DNA of 64,000 bases from contig NC_057729.1 of assembly GCF_004010195.1 (NCBI RefSeq), positions 29,349,142-29,413,141 on the forward strand, in the 5' to 3' direction. This document shows, in pieces, positions 13,285-26,039 of this stretch. A program made the position numbers and the translations under genes. Numbering within the stretch: the first letter of the stretch is position 1; each line of letters starts with the position of its first letter. The notes under the pieces were generated by a model. The model saw nothing but the letters and a program-made list of their open reading frames with translations. It was not told the DNA's origin and did no database searches. The stretch comes from Chiloscyllium plagiosum. Taxonomy: Eukaryota.

Positions 13285-13850
13285 CTTTCCTACCAAGGTC
13301 CAAAGATGTGCTGGTGAATTGGCCATGCTAAATTGCCCATAGTGTCCATGGATGTGTAGATTAGGAGGATTAACCATGGGAAATGCAGGGTTAATGGGAT
13401 AGGGTAAGAGGGAGAATTTTTAGAATTAGAATCCCTACAGTGTGGAAACAGTCCTTTCGGCCCAACAAGTCCACACTGACCTTCCGATGAGTAACCCACC
13501 CAGACTCATTCCCCTACTCTATATTTTCCCCTGACTAATGCACCTAACCTACACATCTCTGAACACGATGGGCAATTTAGCATGGCTAATTCACCTCACC
13601 CGCGCACCTTTGGATTGTGGGAGGAAACAAGAGGACCCAGTGGAAACACACACAGACACGGGAGACTGTGCAAACTCCACACAGTCGCCCAAGGCTGGAA
13701 TTGAACGCGGATCCCTGGCACTGTGAGGCAGCAGTGCTAACCACTGAGCCACAGTGCCACCGCATAAGTAGGGGAGTAGGGTAGGATGCTGTTTGAAGAG
13801 TTGGTGTGGACATGTTGGGCTGAATGGTCTGTTTCCACACTGCAGGGATT
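13285..13850. mobile_element. Nested HE1/V-SINEs: a minus-strand copy (~13420-13765) inside a plus-strand copy
   Basis: The plus-strand SINE body (13285-13415) resumes at ~13770-13850 on the far side of a complete reverse-oriented copy. Confidence 0.8.
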
Positions 13851-14149
13851 TTATGAATTTCCTGGAGAGTTTTTTTTCCTGTACATATGAAAAAGGCAGG
13901 AGAACAATTTGGCGAAAGATATTTTGGCAAAATGGTCCTAGAATTAAGCTCAAGGCCAGGTAGTTAGGTGATAGACAGACCAAGGACCTGATCCTAAACA
14001 AAAACCATTATACATGGCTTGGGTGGCAAGCTGAGCTGGAGGCTGAATTAAAGACAGCATGTCACATCAGGGAAGAAAAAAAAAACTCCTCACACAATCT
14101 ATTCCAGCTAATACACCTGTTATTTGCATTTCTTTGCACAGGATCTTCT

Positions 14150-14800
14150 GATTTGATCAACTGTGACAAAAAGAGGGTGTGACTAGGAGTGAAGCAGGTA
14201 AGGGCCTCCAGAAAGCAGAAGCACAAGAACTTCAGCCTTTGCAATTGTCCAAAATGTTTGAGGTTCTTTCATTTTACACGGATGAAAGATGAGCTTGTGC
14301 ACTGTGACGGTGTTTTAAAAGAAGTTATTTAACTGATTTGAGCATAAAGAAATGGAGTGGTATTAGAGTATAGAACAGATAGATGGATTGACACTGTTCT
14401 CTGCAGCAAAGAGCATGAGTTCAGACAACTTTGTTGCTTACTTAGAGGCAGGGCTCAGGACACTTGCTCACGCTGGGAACTTACAGTGGGATGAGAAGGA
14501 TCCAGTTATTGTGATCCACGTAGGTACCAATGACATAGGCAGAACAAGAATTTCTGGAATGTTACCTGAACAATTCACAATTCACTATATGGTAAGCAAA
14601 GATTCAAGAAATGAAAATGTGACCTAAAATTGTGTGTGAGAAATAGGTTGTGGTTTGGGGGACATTGCCATCAGTAGTGAAGGATGTGGGATCATCAATA
14701 CCTGAATGATACTCAGATTGGTATTCAAGCAAACCACATAACTAAGGAAATGGAAAGGATTTTAGACTAAATACTGGGAGCAAGTGATCAAATTTGTACT
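14150..14800 (+). mobile_element. Degenerate CR1 5' region (ORF1 SGNH-esterase-like remnant)
   Basis: DPVIVIHVGTNDIGR motif in ORF 14388..14627, typical of the CR1 ORF1 esterase domain. Confidence 0.7.
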
Positions 14801-15669
14801 GATGTAAACTGAGTAGAAACAAAGGAAGACAGAAAGTATTTATATTGGAAATGATAAGCAGACAATGACAGGAAGGGATACACTGTACAAATCTAAAGGC
14901 AAATCAACAGAGAATATTAGAGGTTATAAAAATAACAAGATGGTTTTAATGCTCCCTCATCAGAAACAATTCTGCTTTTGGAGTAGGTGACAGTGGAGTC
15001 ATTTGTACGAAATCAAGCCATGGATTTTGATCATTATGCTGGTCAGAACTGGCTGAGATTAACATGTTGCCCACGAGTCATTTGTGCTGGCTTGGCTGGA
15101 ATGCCAAAAGTGTCACATTCCAGGAAATGATGAGTTTACCTCTTCCTGTCAATTGCTGGGCACAGCAGCCACTTGTAGAATTTGACAAGGTCCATTTTTT
15201 TAAAAAAGAATTTAAACATATTAATCTTGTTTATTTAATAAAAGATCTCTCTCTTCCTGTCCTCTGGGCATTACAACCACTGGATACAAACATTAAAGGT
15301 AAAGACTGCATATGACACCCTTATGCAAATAATTCTCTTAGAAGGAATGAATTTCTAAATTCCTGTATCAGTAAGAATGCAAACTGAGAACCAAAAGATT
15401 GCAAAAGCAAGACAGGCAGTTGAGATGCTGATGATTCTGAACTGCTTCATAAATCCTAACCCTTTCTCCATCACCCTCACAAACCAGACACAATAGAAGA
15501 TGAAATGGTGAAGGAAGTCAAATAGCCAAGATTGATAAAAGGCAATTGAGAATGGGCAGTGTCTCCTCTTCAGACCAGAGGGAAGAAGGTGAGGATGGGA
15601 GTGAGATGCAAAGACCGAGACGTTTCTGTTGTCACAGGGTGGACAGCTTTGGGACAGCTGATTTCTTGA

Positions 15670-15865
15670 TGTCAAAAGAGTGTGGCACTGGAAAAACAAA
15701 CAGAGCCAGGCAACATCGGAGAAGCAGGAGAATTGACCTCCTGATGAAGGGCTTATGCCCAAAATGTTGATTCCCCTGCTCCTCCGATGCTGCCTGACCG
15801 GCTGTGCTTTTCCAGCGCCACACTCTTCGACTCTAATCTCCAGCTTCTGCAGTCTTCACTTTCTC
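15670..15865 (+). mobile_element. Fold-back mini-PLE (inverted pLTR pair) with decayed hammerhead core
   Basis: Inverted arms. 12-bp TSD CTGATTTCTTGA at 15658-15669 and 15866-15877. Core CTGATGAAGGGCTTATGCCCaAAA begins at 15741. Confidence 0.8.
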
Positions 15866-16089
15866 CTGATTTCTTGAGGTTGCAGGGTACATCCATGGAT
15901 CTTAATGGAAGATCAATGCAAAGAAAGGAGCCCTGATTGACAGCATACCAGACCTAGATGTAGCTCTAACAGCAGCTGTGAGGCTAAGCAAAACTGTAGC
16001 TGAGAGCTTGGGGGAGGTATGCATGTTAACTGCCAGTTACATGGAATTATCCTCAAAAGGCAAAGTAACTTTATTCCTCAAACGAGGCA

Positions 16090-16488
16090 TGGAGTGTCAG
16101 AGGCTGAGGGGTGACCTTATAGAGGTTTATAAAATCATGAGGGGCATGAATAGGATAAATAGACAAAGTCTCTTCCCTGGGGTGGGGGAGTCCAGGACTA
16201 GAGGGCATAGGTTTAGGGTGAGAGGGGAAAGATATAAAAGAGATCTAAGGGGCAACTTTTTCGCAGAGGGTGGTACATGTATGGAATAAGCTGCCAGAAG
16301 AAGTGGTGGATGCTGGTGCAATTACAACATTTAAAAGGCATCTGGATCTGTATATGAACAGGACGGGTTTGGAGGGATGTGGGCCAGGTACCGGCAGGTT
16401 GGACTAGACTAGGCTAGGCTATCTGGTCAGCATGGGTGAGTTGGACTGAAGGGTCTGTTTCCATGCTGTATATCTCAATGACTCTATG
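16090..16488 (+). mobile_element. CR1 LINE 3' end
   Basis: RLRGDLIEVYKIMRG...RGHRFRVRGERYKRDLRGNFF plus 3' UTR. Confidence 0.93.
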
Positions 16489-16849
16489 TGAGGGAGATAG
16501 ATTTATAGTGTTTTTAAGGAATATAGGAAATCCTTTTGCTGGAGAAGGCCATTAGGTTTCAACTCATTGGTTGAAACCTAAAATCAAGGTTTTAGTAGAT
16601 GATATTGGAGTTGGGGGGGGGGGGGGTGCATGGAATGGCATACATACACATTCCTTTGTATCATATGCACCCAGATGCCTGGATTAGTAACTGTAAGAGT
16701 TGTCCATAGTTTGCAATTTTTTCTAAAGAATGCCATACATGTCAAATTATGTGGAAAACTGCATCATGCAATTAAACCAGTACCTCTAATTCCCATATCA
16801 GTTTGAGGAAGTATTCAGTTGGGTGTTCCACAAAATAGTCACATTTCAA

Positions 16850-18540
16850 ATGTGAAAGAAAAAAATTGAAGGGGAGGATCCACCATTTATTCTTAACTAA
16901 ACAAAAGCTAAGGGTAGTGTCAAATTTAAAGGTAAAGCATAAACACCAAAGGATTGCAGGTCAGAAGACTGGAGGGGATTTTAAAAACAGTAATGAATGG
17001 CTAAACAATTAATAAGGAGGGAAAAAAATTAGTGAAAAAGGTAGATCAAACAATAAAAACAAACAGTAAAAGTTCCTTTAGATGTTTAAAAAAGATAAGT
17101 TAACAAAGTGAATCTTGGTCCTATAGAAAGCTCCTGGGAGAATAATGCAACACAAGGAGATGCCAGATGGAGGAAATAGATACTTTTCATTGATCTTCGC
17201 AACAGAAAATACAGATATACCTATAAATCGGGAAATAGAAGACAGAAAGTGACTTAATAAAGTTACAATCACAATGGAAGCGGTACTGAGCAAATTGATG
17301 GAATCGCAGGCAAATAAGTCTTAATGAACATGTTAGGCTCTTCAACAAGAAAACTTATGAGATAGTTGGATGAGTTGGCTTTAATTTTCTAAAACTCCCC
17401 CGATTTAGGCAGTCAACCTGGTTTTGTAGGCAAATCATATTTAACCCATTTATTGGATAATGAACCACCAATAAATGTTCTCTATGTACTTAGATTTCCT
17501 GAATGCATTTTAAGAGGTACCATATCAAAGGTTAACATGGACAATAAAACTCAAAGTATGGGGGCTAACATGTTTGGTTAGCTAATAGGAAATAACAGGC
17601 TTAGATGGGTAATGCCCTAGTTAGCAAGATATGGTAAATGTTGTGTCACAGGAATTAGATTATATTTATATGAACAACTTGGATAACAGGGTAAATGTAT
17701 GTTTATTACATTTGCTGATGAAATGAAGTTTGGTAGGAAAGGAAGTTGTAACAAGGACCTGGAGACGCTACAAAGGGATAAAGATAGGTTAACTACTGGG
17801 CAAAGAGATATGGTCAATGGAACAAAATATGAAATTTTCCATTTTGACAGGAAGAATAAAAAGCATAAAATCAAAATGCTGACAGTTTGCAGAGCTCTGA
17901 GATGCACAGGTATCTGAGCATCCATGTGCACAAATCACAAAAGGACCATACGCATGTAAAGCAAGTAGTTTGGAAAATTAATAGTGTTTGCATTTATTGT
18001 TAGGGAAATTGAGTATAAAGGTAGGAAGTTTATGCTTCAGTTATACATGGAATTTGTGAGACCATATCTGCAGTACTATATACAGTATTGATCTCCTTGT
18101 TAATGGAAGGATGAAAAGGTGCATTGGAAACGATGTTTATTGGATTAATACATGAAATGGGTAGGTTGTCTAATGAGGAAAGATTGGACAGGTTAGGACT
18201 GTATTCCCTGGAACTTGCAGGTTACATATGGAGAGGAAGTTTCCTCTTGAAGAATCAAGACGATGGGGTCACTGTCTAAATAAATAATTCATTTTAGGCA
18301 AGGACTAGGGAACTTCTTCTTTTCTCTAAGAGAGTTGCGAATCTTTGAAACTATTCAAACTGTGAAGAAGCAGAGGCATATGTCTAATGTAGAGATTCAT
18401 AAGTTCTTAATAAATCAGGTGGTGAAAGATTATTGGGGTAGGCAGGAAAGTGGAATACCCAGATCAGCCAAGATCTAACAGAATAGTTGAGCAGGCTTGA
18501 AAGACTGAGTGGCTCATCCCTGTTGCTAATTCATATACTC
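16850..18540 (+). mobile_element. Old degenerate CR1 ORF2 fragment
   Basis: FADEMKFG (YADD-type motif remnant), gagaccatatctgcagtact and 3' UTR remnants. Confidence 0.75.
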
Positions 18541-18722
18541 AAACATTGCAAACAGCTATAGACATCCTGAGTGCTCACACAATTGGTCATAAAATCAAAT
18601 AGGTTTTAAAGAAAGAGAAAGTATCACCAAATACCTGAAAAGCACTGACATGTATAAATGTATTCAGAATTGATTTATGAACTATGCTTAACTATTTGTT
18701 CTCATACTTATAAGACAAGTAC

Positions 18723-18798
18723 CTTGTCCCTCTGCTTGACTGATCAGATGAAGCAGCATGATTACAGAGGTAAGAACACAGCTCTTTTCCAAGTTCAT
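18723..18798 (-). CDS. COL20A1: Collagen XX alpha 1, first coding exon (signal peptide MNLEKSCVLTSVIMLLHLISQAEGQ-G); whole exon 18723-18823 including 25 nt of 5' UTR
   Basis: GCC-ATG Kozak context, hydrophobic core and A-x-G cleavage motif. Acceptor tttccttcctatatatag|G at 18823. Phase-1 donor CAAG|gtactt joins the 3851 exon in frame (G+GG = Gly). Confidence 0.85.
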
Positions 18799-19128
18799 GG
18801 CAAAATCAGGAAACAGCCAAAACCTATATATAGGAAGGAAATAGATTGAATTAATTTTTAACTGACTATAAGTCTTGATAATTGATACATAAAAGAGATT
18901 TAGATACAATCTGATTTTTCAAATAGATCACCTGCAATAAATAACTTTACTGCTAACAGAAAATGGAGATTTCCATCCACTAACATTCCTGATTCTAAAT
19001 CACTAAAGGTATAGGTAATAAAGAAAGAGGCAAATTATAGAAAATAGCAGCCATTGGTTAGAAGGGGAGGTTGGCAGATGTACTAAGTGGAATGCAACAG
19101 TATTCAGTATTGCGACATTAATTCGAAT

Positions 19129-20688
19129 TTGCGATTTTTGAGAAGATTTGTAGCATAGGTTCAGGTTCAGGTTCTAAGTTTGCTCACTGAGCTGGAAGGT
19201 TTGTTTTCAGACTTGTCATCACCATACTAGGTGACATCATCAGCAAGCCTTCAGTGAAGCACTAGTGTTTTATGTCTCACTTTCTCTTTATGCTTGTTTG
19301 GGTTTGTTGTTGGTTTCTTAAGATGGGTGATATCATTTCCGGTCTTTTTCTCAGAGGATGGTACATGGGGTGCAAATTGATGCATTTACTGATGGAGTTC
19401 CTGTTAGGCCTCTAGGAATTCCCGTGCATTTCTCTTTTTAGCTTGTCCTACGATGGATGCGTTGTCCCAGTCAGAGTAGTGTCCTTTCTTGTCTATATGT
19501 AAGGATACTAGTAAGAAAGGGTCATGTCTTTTGGTGGCTGGTTGGCGTTCACGTATCCTAGTGGCTAGTTTCCTGTCTGTTTGTCACAGTCCTCGCATGG
19601 TATTTTGTAAAAAGTGTTTGTTTTGCTGGTTGTTTATAAAGGGTCCTTTAGGTCCATTAGCAGCTGTTTAAGTGTGTTGGTAGGTTTGTGGGCCACTATG
19701 TTGCCAAGGGGTCTGAGTAGTCTGGAAGTAATTTCAGAGATGTCTTTAATGTAAGGTAATGTGGTTAGAGTTTCTGGGTGCATTGTGTCTGCTTGTTTGG
19801 GTTTGTTGTTGAGAAATCAGCGGACTGTATTTATTGGGTCAAGAGCGTGATGCTGGAAAAGCACAGCAGGTCAGGCAGCATCCGAGAAGCTGGAAAATCG
19901 AAATTTCAGGCATAAGCCCTTCAGCCCAAAACATTGATTTTCCTGCTCCTCGGATGCTGCTGACCTGCTGTGCTTTTCCAGCACCACACTCTTGACTCTA
20001 ATCTCCAGCATCTTTTGCCTGTGTTTATTGGGTACCCTTTCTTCCTGAATATGCTGTTTAGGTATTTAGCTTCAGCTGTTCAAAGTTCCTGAGTGCAGCA
20101 GTGTGTTGTGGCTCATTGAAATAATGTCCTGATGCAGCTCTGATCATGGATTATTGGGATGATTGCTTCTGTAGTTAAGTATTTGGTCTGTGTGTCGTTT
20201 GTCTATCGACGCTGGTTTGAAATTTTCCATTAACTGTTCATTCTACTGTGACATCTAAGAATGAGAGTTTGTTGTCGTTCTTCTCCTCTTGTGAATTTTA
20301 TGCCAGTAACGATATTGTTGGCGTTGGTGTAGGTTTTCTCTAATTTGTTCCATTTTGTGTCATCCACATAGCGGACCCAAAGTTTGTTTTGGATAGTTGG
20401 GAGGGCTATTGTTCAAGTCTCTGCATTACTGCTTCTGCTAGGAAACCTGCTATTGGTGATCACATGGGTGTTCCGTTAATTTGTTTGTAGGTCTTGTTAT
20501 TGAATATGAAGTGAGTGATGAGGCACAGGTCCACTAGCTTGAGGATGTTGCCTTTGCTGATAACATTGATGCTGTCTGGTGTTTGTGTCCTTGGTTCCTC
20601 TAGTAGTGCAGTAAGTGTTCTTTGGTCAGGTTGGTGTTAATTGATTGTGAACAGGGCTGTTATGTCAAAGGAGACTATTACTTCATCC
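19129..20688 (-). mobile_element. Penelope-like element, left arm of a ~3 kb palindrome (carries the full 3' tail)
   Basis: Reverse complement of ~20797-22140, with an extra ~45-nt terminal tail at 19129-19175. Interrupted by a mini-PLE at 19840-20018. Confidence 0.9.
19840..20018 (+). mobile_element. Fold-back mini-PLE nested in the large PLE
   Basis: Inverted arms tgctggaaaagcacagcaggtcag / ctgacctgctgtgcttttccagca. 15-bp TSD ctgt(a/g)tttattgggt at 19825-19839 and 20019-20033. Confidence 0.85.
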
Positions 20689-22145
20689 AGAAGCCAAGGA
20701 ACTACACTGAAAACTGAAATACCTAGGAGGAGATTCATGCCACTCCATTCAATCCATCAAAGAATTCCTCAACACCAAAGACACCAAGATAGAAGAGGAT
20801 GAAATAATGGTCTCCTTTGACATAACAGCCCTGTTCACAATCAATTAACACTAACCTGGCCAAAGAAACACTGACTGCACTACTAGAGGAACCAAGGACA
20901 CAAACACCAGACAGCATCAACGTCATCAGCAAAGACAACATCCTCAAGCTAGTAGACCTGTGCGTCACCACCCACTTCACATTCAATAACAAGACCTACA
21001 AACAAAATCAACGGAACACCCATGGGATCACCAATATCAGGCTTCTTAGCAGAAGCAGTAAGGCAGAGATTTGACCAAACAGCCCTCCCAACTATCCAGC
21101 CCAAACTTTGGGTCTGCTACGTAGATGACACCTTTGCGATTACAAAACGGAACAAATTAGAGGAAACCTACAACACCATCAACAATATTCTAATGGCATA
21201 AAATTCAAAAAAGAGGAGGAGAACAATAACAAACTCACATTCCTCGATGTCACAGTAGAATGAACAGTTAATGGAAAGCTTCAAAGCAGCATCTATAGAA
21301 AACCAACATACAGAGACCAAATATTTAACTACAGAAGTAATCATCTCAATACCCACAAACTGAGATGCATCAGGGCATTATTTTAATGAGCCACAACACA
21401 CTGCCACATCCAAGAACTATGGACAGCTGAAAGAAAAATACCTATGTAGCATATTCAGGAAGGACAGGTACTCAATAAACAAAGTCCGCCGATTTTTCAA
21501 CAACAAACCCAAACTAGCAGATACAAGGTGCCCAAAAACTCTAGCCACATTATCTTACATCAATGGCATTTCTGAAATGACTTCCAGACTACTCAAACCC
21601 CTTGGCATCATGGTAACCCACAAACCTACCAACACACTTAAACAGTGGCTAATAAGCCTAAAGGACCTTATATAAACAACCAGCAAAATGAATGTTATTT
21701 ACAAATTACAATGCAAGGACATTAACAAACACTACATCAGATAAACAGGCAGAAAACTAGCCACCAGGATACATGAATACCAACTAGCCACCAAAAGACA
21801 TGACCACTACCACTAGTATCCTTACATACAGATGAGAAAGGACACCACTCTGACTGGGACAACGCATCCATCGTAGGACAAGCTAAACAGAGACAAGCAT
21901 GGGAATTCCTAGAGGCCTGGCATTCTAACTAGAACTCCATCAATAAACACCTCAATTTGCACCCCACCTACCATCCTCTGAGAAAAAGAAATGGAAATGA
22001 GATCACCCACCTTAAGAAACCAAGACACATAACGGGATATAAAACCAGTGCTTCACTGGAGGCTCACTGATGATGTTACCTAGTATGGTGATGAAACTTC
22101 TGAAAACATGGCTTCCAGCTCAGTGAGCAAACTTACCACTTGAAC
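20689..22145 (+). mobile_element. Penelope-like element, right arm (pseudogenised RT + GIY-YIG endonuclease + pLTR)
   Basis: Motifs SFDITALFT, NGTPMGSPISGFLAEAV, WVCYVDDTF and FLDVTV, then a GIY-YIG-like NVIYKLQC...HYI...GRKLATRIHEY...WEFLEAWHS region. Contains stops and frameshifts. Confidence 0.92.
22064..22103 (+). ncRNA. Minimal hammerhead ribozyme-like motif in PLE pLTR (decayed)
   Basis: TCA-CTGATGA-T-GTTACC-tagtat-GGTGAT-GAAAC-TTC-TGA. The mirror copy at ~19207-19243 has GTCACC...GGTGAT and GTC at the cleavage triplet. Confidence 0.6.
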
Positions 22146-23469
22146 TAATTCGAATACATGTATGACTTGAACTTCAATGGGCAAATTTGCAGAGCCTGTA
22201 TGAACAAAAAACAGGACTGCATACTTACTTAACTAATAGGAACTGACATTTTGATTCCTAATGGTGGGTTCAAATGTAGAAATCAATGAATGGTTAGTCC
22301 TAATGCCATTCTTTGGCAAGATCTTAACATTTGTATGCCATGATCTGAATACTGATTATATTAAAACATTTGGTAATTATTTCTTACTTTCAAATTATGA
22401 CATAAGAATTCCTTAATACCTGGTTCACATTCATTTAAAGATGGGTGGGCAGCTTTGTGCAGCTGTGCCGGAGGTCAACAGTTTTCCTTGTTAAACTACA
22501 GCATGAGAGGAGCAGAAGAACAGAGGTGCAGGTCCAAAGGGGAGTCAGGGATGGGGAGTATGGTGGCAATGGGGAGGGGTTAGAGCATGGAGGTTAGATC
22601 CAAAGCAGGATAGAGGATGGGATCAGGGACATAGATACATGAAATAAGGAAAGTCTGGTGGAAATAATCAAAGTAAACAATAGAAGGCCTCATGGGTTTT
22701 TTTCTGCACTGTCTAGACAGGTGTTCATCTTAGGTTGTTGGCTGGAAGATGCCTTATAGGAAGTTCACTTACAACATTTCAATAATGAATGTGTTCTTGG
22801 ACAATCTTGTTAACAGTGCACAGAAACAAGGGCCATCTTTGTCTTTAAATTCAACAGAAAGTCAATGCAAAAACACAACATTGGTTGAAAGAGACAGTCT
22901 CCAGAAGATGTGCAAATGAAGGCATAAAGTAGATATAATTTAATTTTTAAATAAAATTGTGTCTTCTGTCACATTACAAAATAACTCGTCTTTGTAAACC
23001 TCGTACAACATCTGTAGCTGGCTTTGACATCTGCAAGGCCGAATTTTTCTGCTTGCATTAGCCCAGGGATTCAGAGTTCAGAAATACCTAACATCCATTC
23101 TGACAATTTCCATTGATGTATTCACTTTCCAAACACATGCCATGTTTTCCTCAGTTTCTCCAATTTCTAATTTTTTTCTCCAGTATCTTGAATTCTTTAG
23201 CTGTTGCAGAATTATTTGCCCTCTCTGCAATCTGAACAACATCCATTTGAATTGTGCTTATCTTTGCTGTTCCTTTTAGATGTCACATTGTCATATCAGA
23301 GAGCAGGTTTGGCACAAATATAGTGCACACCAAGTGTGAAGTGGTAACCTTGGCATCACGTGTTCATGTGTGCAGAAACACGGAACTGAGGAGACACCTC
23401 TAACAGCATTATTCCATGGATAGAATCTTCTCAGCTGTCATGTGATGAGAAATTTGTGAGAATGTGATA

Positions 23470-25800
23470 AGCAAGAAAAAGTCTCATCCACAATGTTGAG
23501 AAAAATGTTTGATTTTCCCCTTAAAGTTTCAGCAGCTTATGAGAATCTCACCAGTAAGCATTATGATCTTATTTCTCATTTATCTGCATCTCATTATTTG
23601 TAATTCTTACCTTATTTAAATGCAGCTCACAGTCTCCTATGCAGTGAAGAACTAAGTGTTGCCAATGCCTGAGATAAAAGTCAGAGTGGCTACCTGATGG
23701 ATGAAGTTCAGTAGTTGTTTCTCTAGAACTCCATGTTAACCAACATTACGCTCCATGAGAATCAAGCACCTCCAACCACTGACCATGGATGTCAACAGCA
23801 GCGAAACAACCACCTCACCACATCAGTTTAGCCAGTCTTGGATTTCAACACTTCACTACTGCACTTTGGAGCTCACTAACACTTTATTGTGCAATGTTCC
23901 TGTCTATTCACTTTGCATGCAGGAACACAAACCCATCTCATGCATCTGTGCAGGATACATCTTAGGGCTCTTAGCTCACATCCTTGGCACCCACTCACAT
24001 TGAGCTTACTTGGATGCTCATACAATTTCGGTCATGCCTTTTAGAGCATTTCATTGTAAACTTTCGTGAGACAAAGCCGGGCAGTTTGTCGTGGTAGCCA
24101 GCACTGAAGTCAAATGGGTGGACATGATGGTGTATGGCATTGTGTGACGTCATGGCACACCTACAGCATATGCCAGCAACTTATGCAACTAACACATTGC
24201 ATGCTTTGACCAAATAGCCATGTCTGAAGGGGGAGCTACGGTCAATCAGGGTGCATGGCAATATTCAGTCAGGGGCATCATCCGAGCTCAGTCAATGGAT
24301 TGGCCACAGTCACTCAGGCATTTGGTGTGATCAGGTCCTAGGGATCGGTGTCTTTCTAATCTGGAGCATCAGTCACAGTCATTTGCTCCAGGTCAAGCCC
24401 TACCTGTCCAAGGAGTACAGGTCATAGAATCATAAAAGTTGTACGGCATAGAAACAGACATTTGATCCAACTTGTCCATGTCGACCAGATATCCTAAATT
24501 AATTGAGTCCCATTTGCCAGTAATTGGCCGATATCCCTCTAAACACTTCATGTTTATACATCCAGATGCCTGTTAATATTGTAATTGTATTAGCCTCCAT
24601 CACTTTTTCTGGCAGTTCATTCCATATATGCATCACTGTCTGTGTGAAAAAGTTGCCCCTTACGTCCTTTTTGAATCTATCCCTTCTCACCTGAAACCTA
24701 TGCCCTCTAATTTTGGACTCCCTTAGCCCGGGGAAAAGATCTTGATTGTTCACTCTATCCACGCCCCTCATGATTTTATAAACCTCCAAAAGGTCACCCC
24801 TCAGCTTCCAATGCTCCAAAGAAAATACCCCTGCCTATTCAACTTCCCCTACTTCCATCAAGGAGCTGAGGGGCAAGGGATTGGATCATGCTAGTTGGGA
24901 CTGTCCTCATAAGTCAGTCCAGGATGTGGGCCACGATTAGTCCTGGGATTTGGCAGTAGACATCAATAGGGTTATCAGGGACAGTACATGCTGGTTCAGA
25001 GAAAGTGGGAAACTCAAGTATGGGTATTGGAGGTGTCCTGCTGGGGGAAAATAAGAGTGAATGGGGCTCAACTCCAAGTATATTGGTGAGATCTAATAGA
25101 AGATAGAAAGGCACAGGTACTGCATGAGGTGATTTTTAAAAGGGCAACCACTCTCACTTCACAATGGACAGTGGATAATGACAGTGGGCATACCAATGCA
25201 TGGGACAAAATAGACATATTGATTGTCAAATAAAAGGGTTGTACAGTAACATGTGAAGCCTCAAAGCTGTTGGGGTGTCACGGACAGGTATACAAAAGGC
25301 ATAATGAAGAGTGGACAGCAATGTTGACTTTCAAGTGGAGCCTGGATTATACGCTCAGGAGCACGACCCATATACCATCTTCTACCAAGTTTCATGTGCA
25401 CATTTAGAATGAAAGTAACTGCCAGCACATTCACAGAAGGCAGAATGATTTCTTTTTTTTGTCTACAGAGGTGGAGTGGCCATGTTTGCACAGAGGCAGA
25501 TAGAAAGTTAATTGAGCATGAGACAACACCCACCCTTAAATGAGTGTGTACAATCTTGTAAAACACGCAGGTATAATCAAACTTTGCAACAAGAGAAGTG
25601 TGCAATCTGCTTAACTCTTAACTGCTCTCTGAAATGCACAAAAGGGGGAAAAAAATGAATGAAATTGGCATTGATGAAGCACTGGAAATGAAAATGGCAA
25701 AACGTCAACCCTGCAAAGTACTTCTCACTGATATCTTGGGGGAGTTCACCAAAATTGGGAGAGCTAGCTCACAGCAATTCACTGATTCATACCTTACACA
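23470..25800. mobile_element. Second copy of the ancient Harbinger-like relic, interrupted by CR1
   Basis: Shares blocks with 8040-9240 (gtatggca.tgtg.gac.tca...cacctaca.catatgcca; gaatctcac...agcat). Confidence 0.4.
24420..24850 (-). mobile_element. CR1 LINE 3' end
   Basis: KLRGDLLEVYKIMRG...RGNFFTQ...WNELP plus 3' UTR. Confidence 0.92.
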
Positions 25801-26039
25801 ATGCCTCAGACAACACCATCACCATCCTTGCATTTGGCCTGCCCCACTGACAGGACAGACACAGCAGAAATGCCAGCAGTGACATTAGGTCAAGAGGGAG
25901 TTGCTCCGAAGTTCCATACATGCCGATTAACTTGCCGATGTATTGATTTCGAGTTTTGGAAATTGAAGTTGTGCGCTAAAAAAAAAAATTAGAGGGAGTA
26001 TTCCCTAGGAGTTCCCATAACATTGGCTCTGGCTGCCAT

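Noticed and set aside
20689-22030. Active or domesticated PLE protein
   Set aside because: Multiple stops and frameshifts in both arms, so it is a pseudogenised element.
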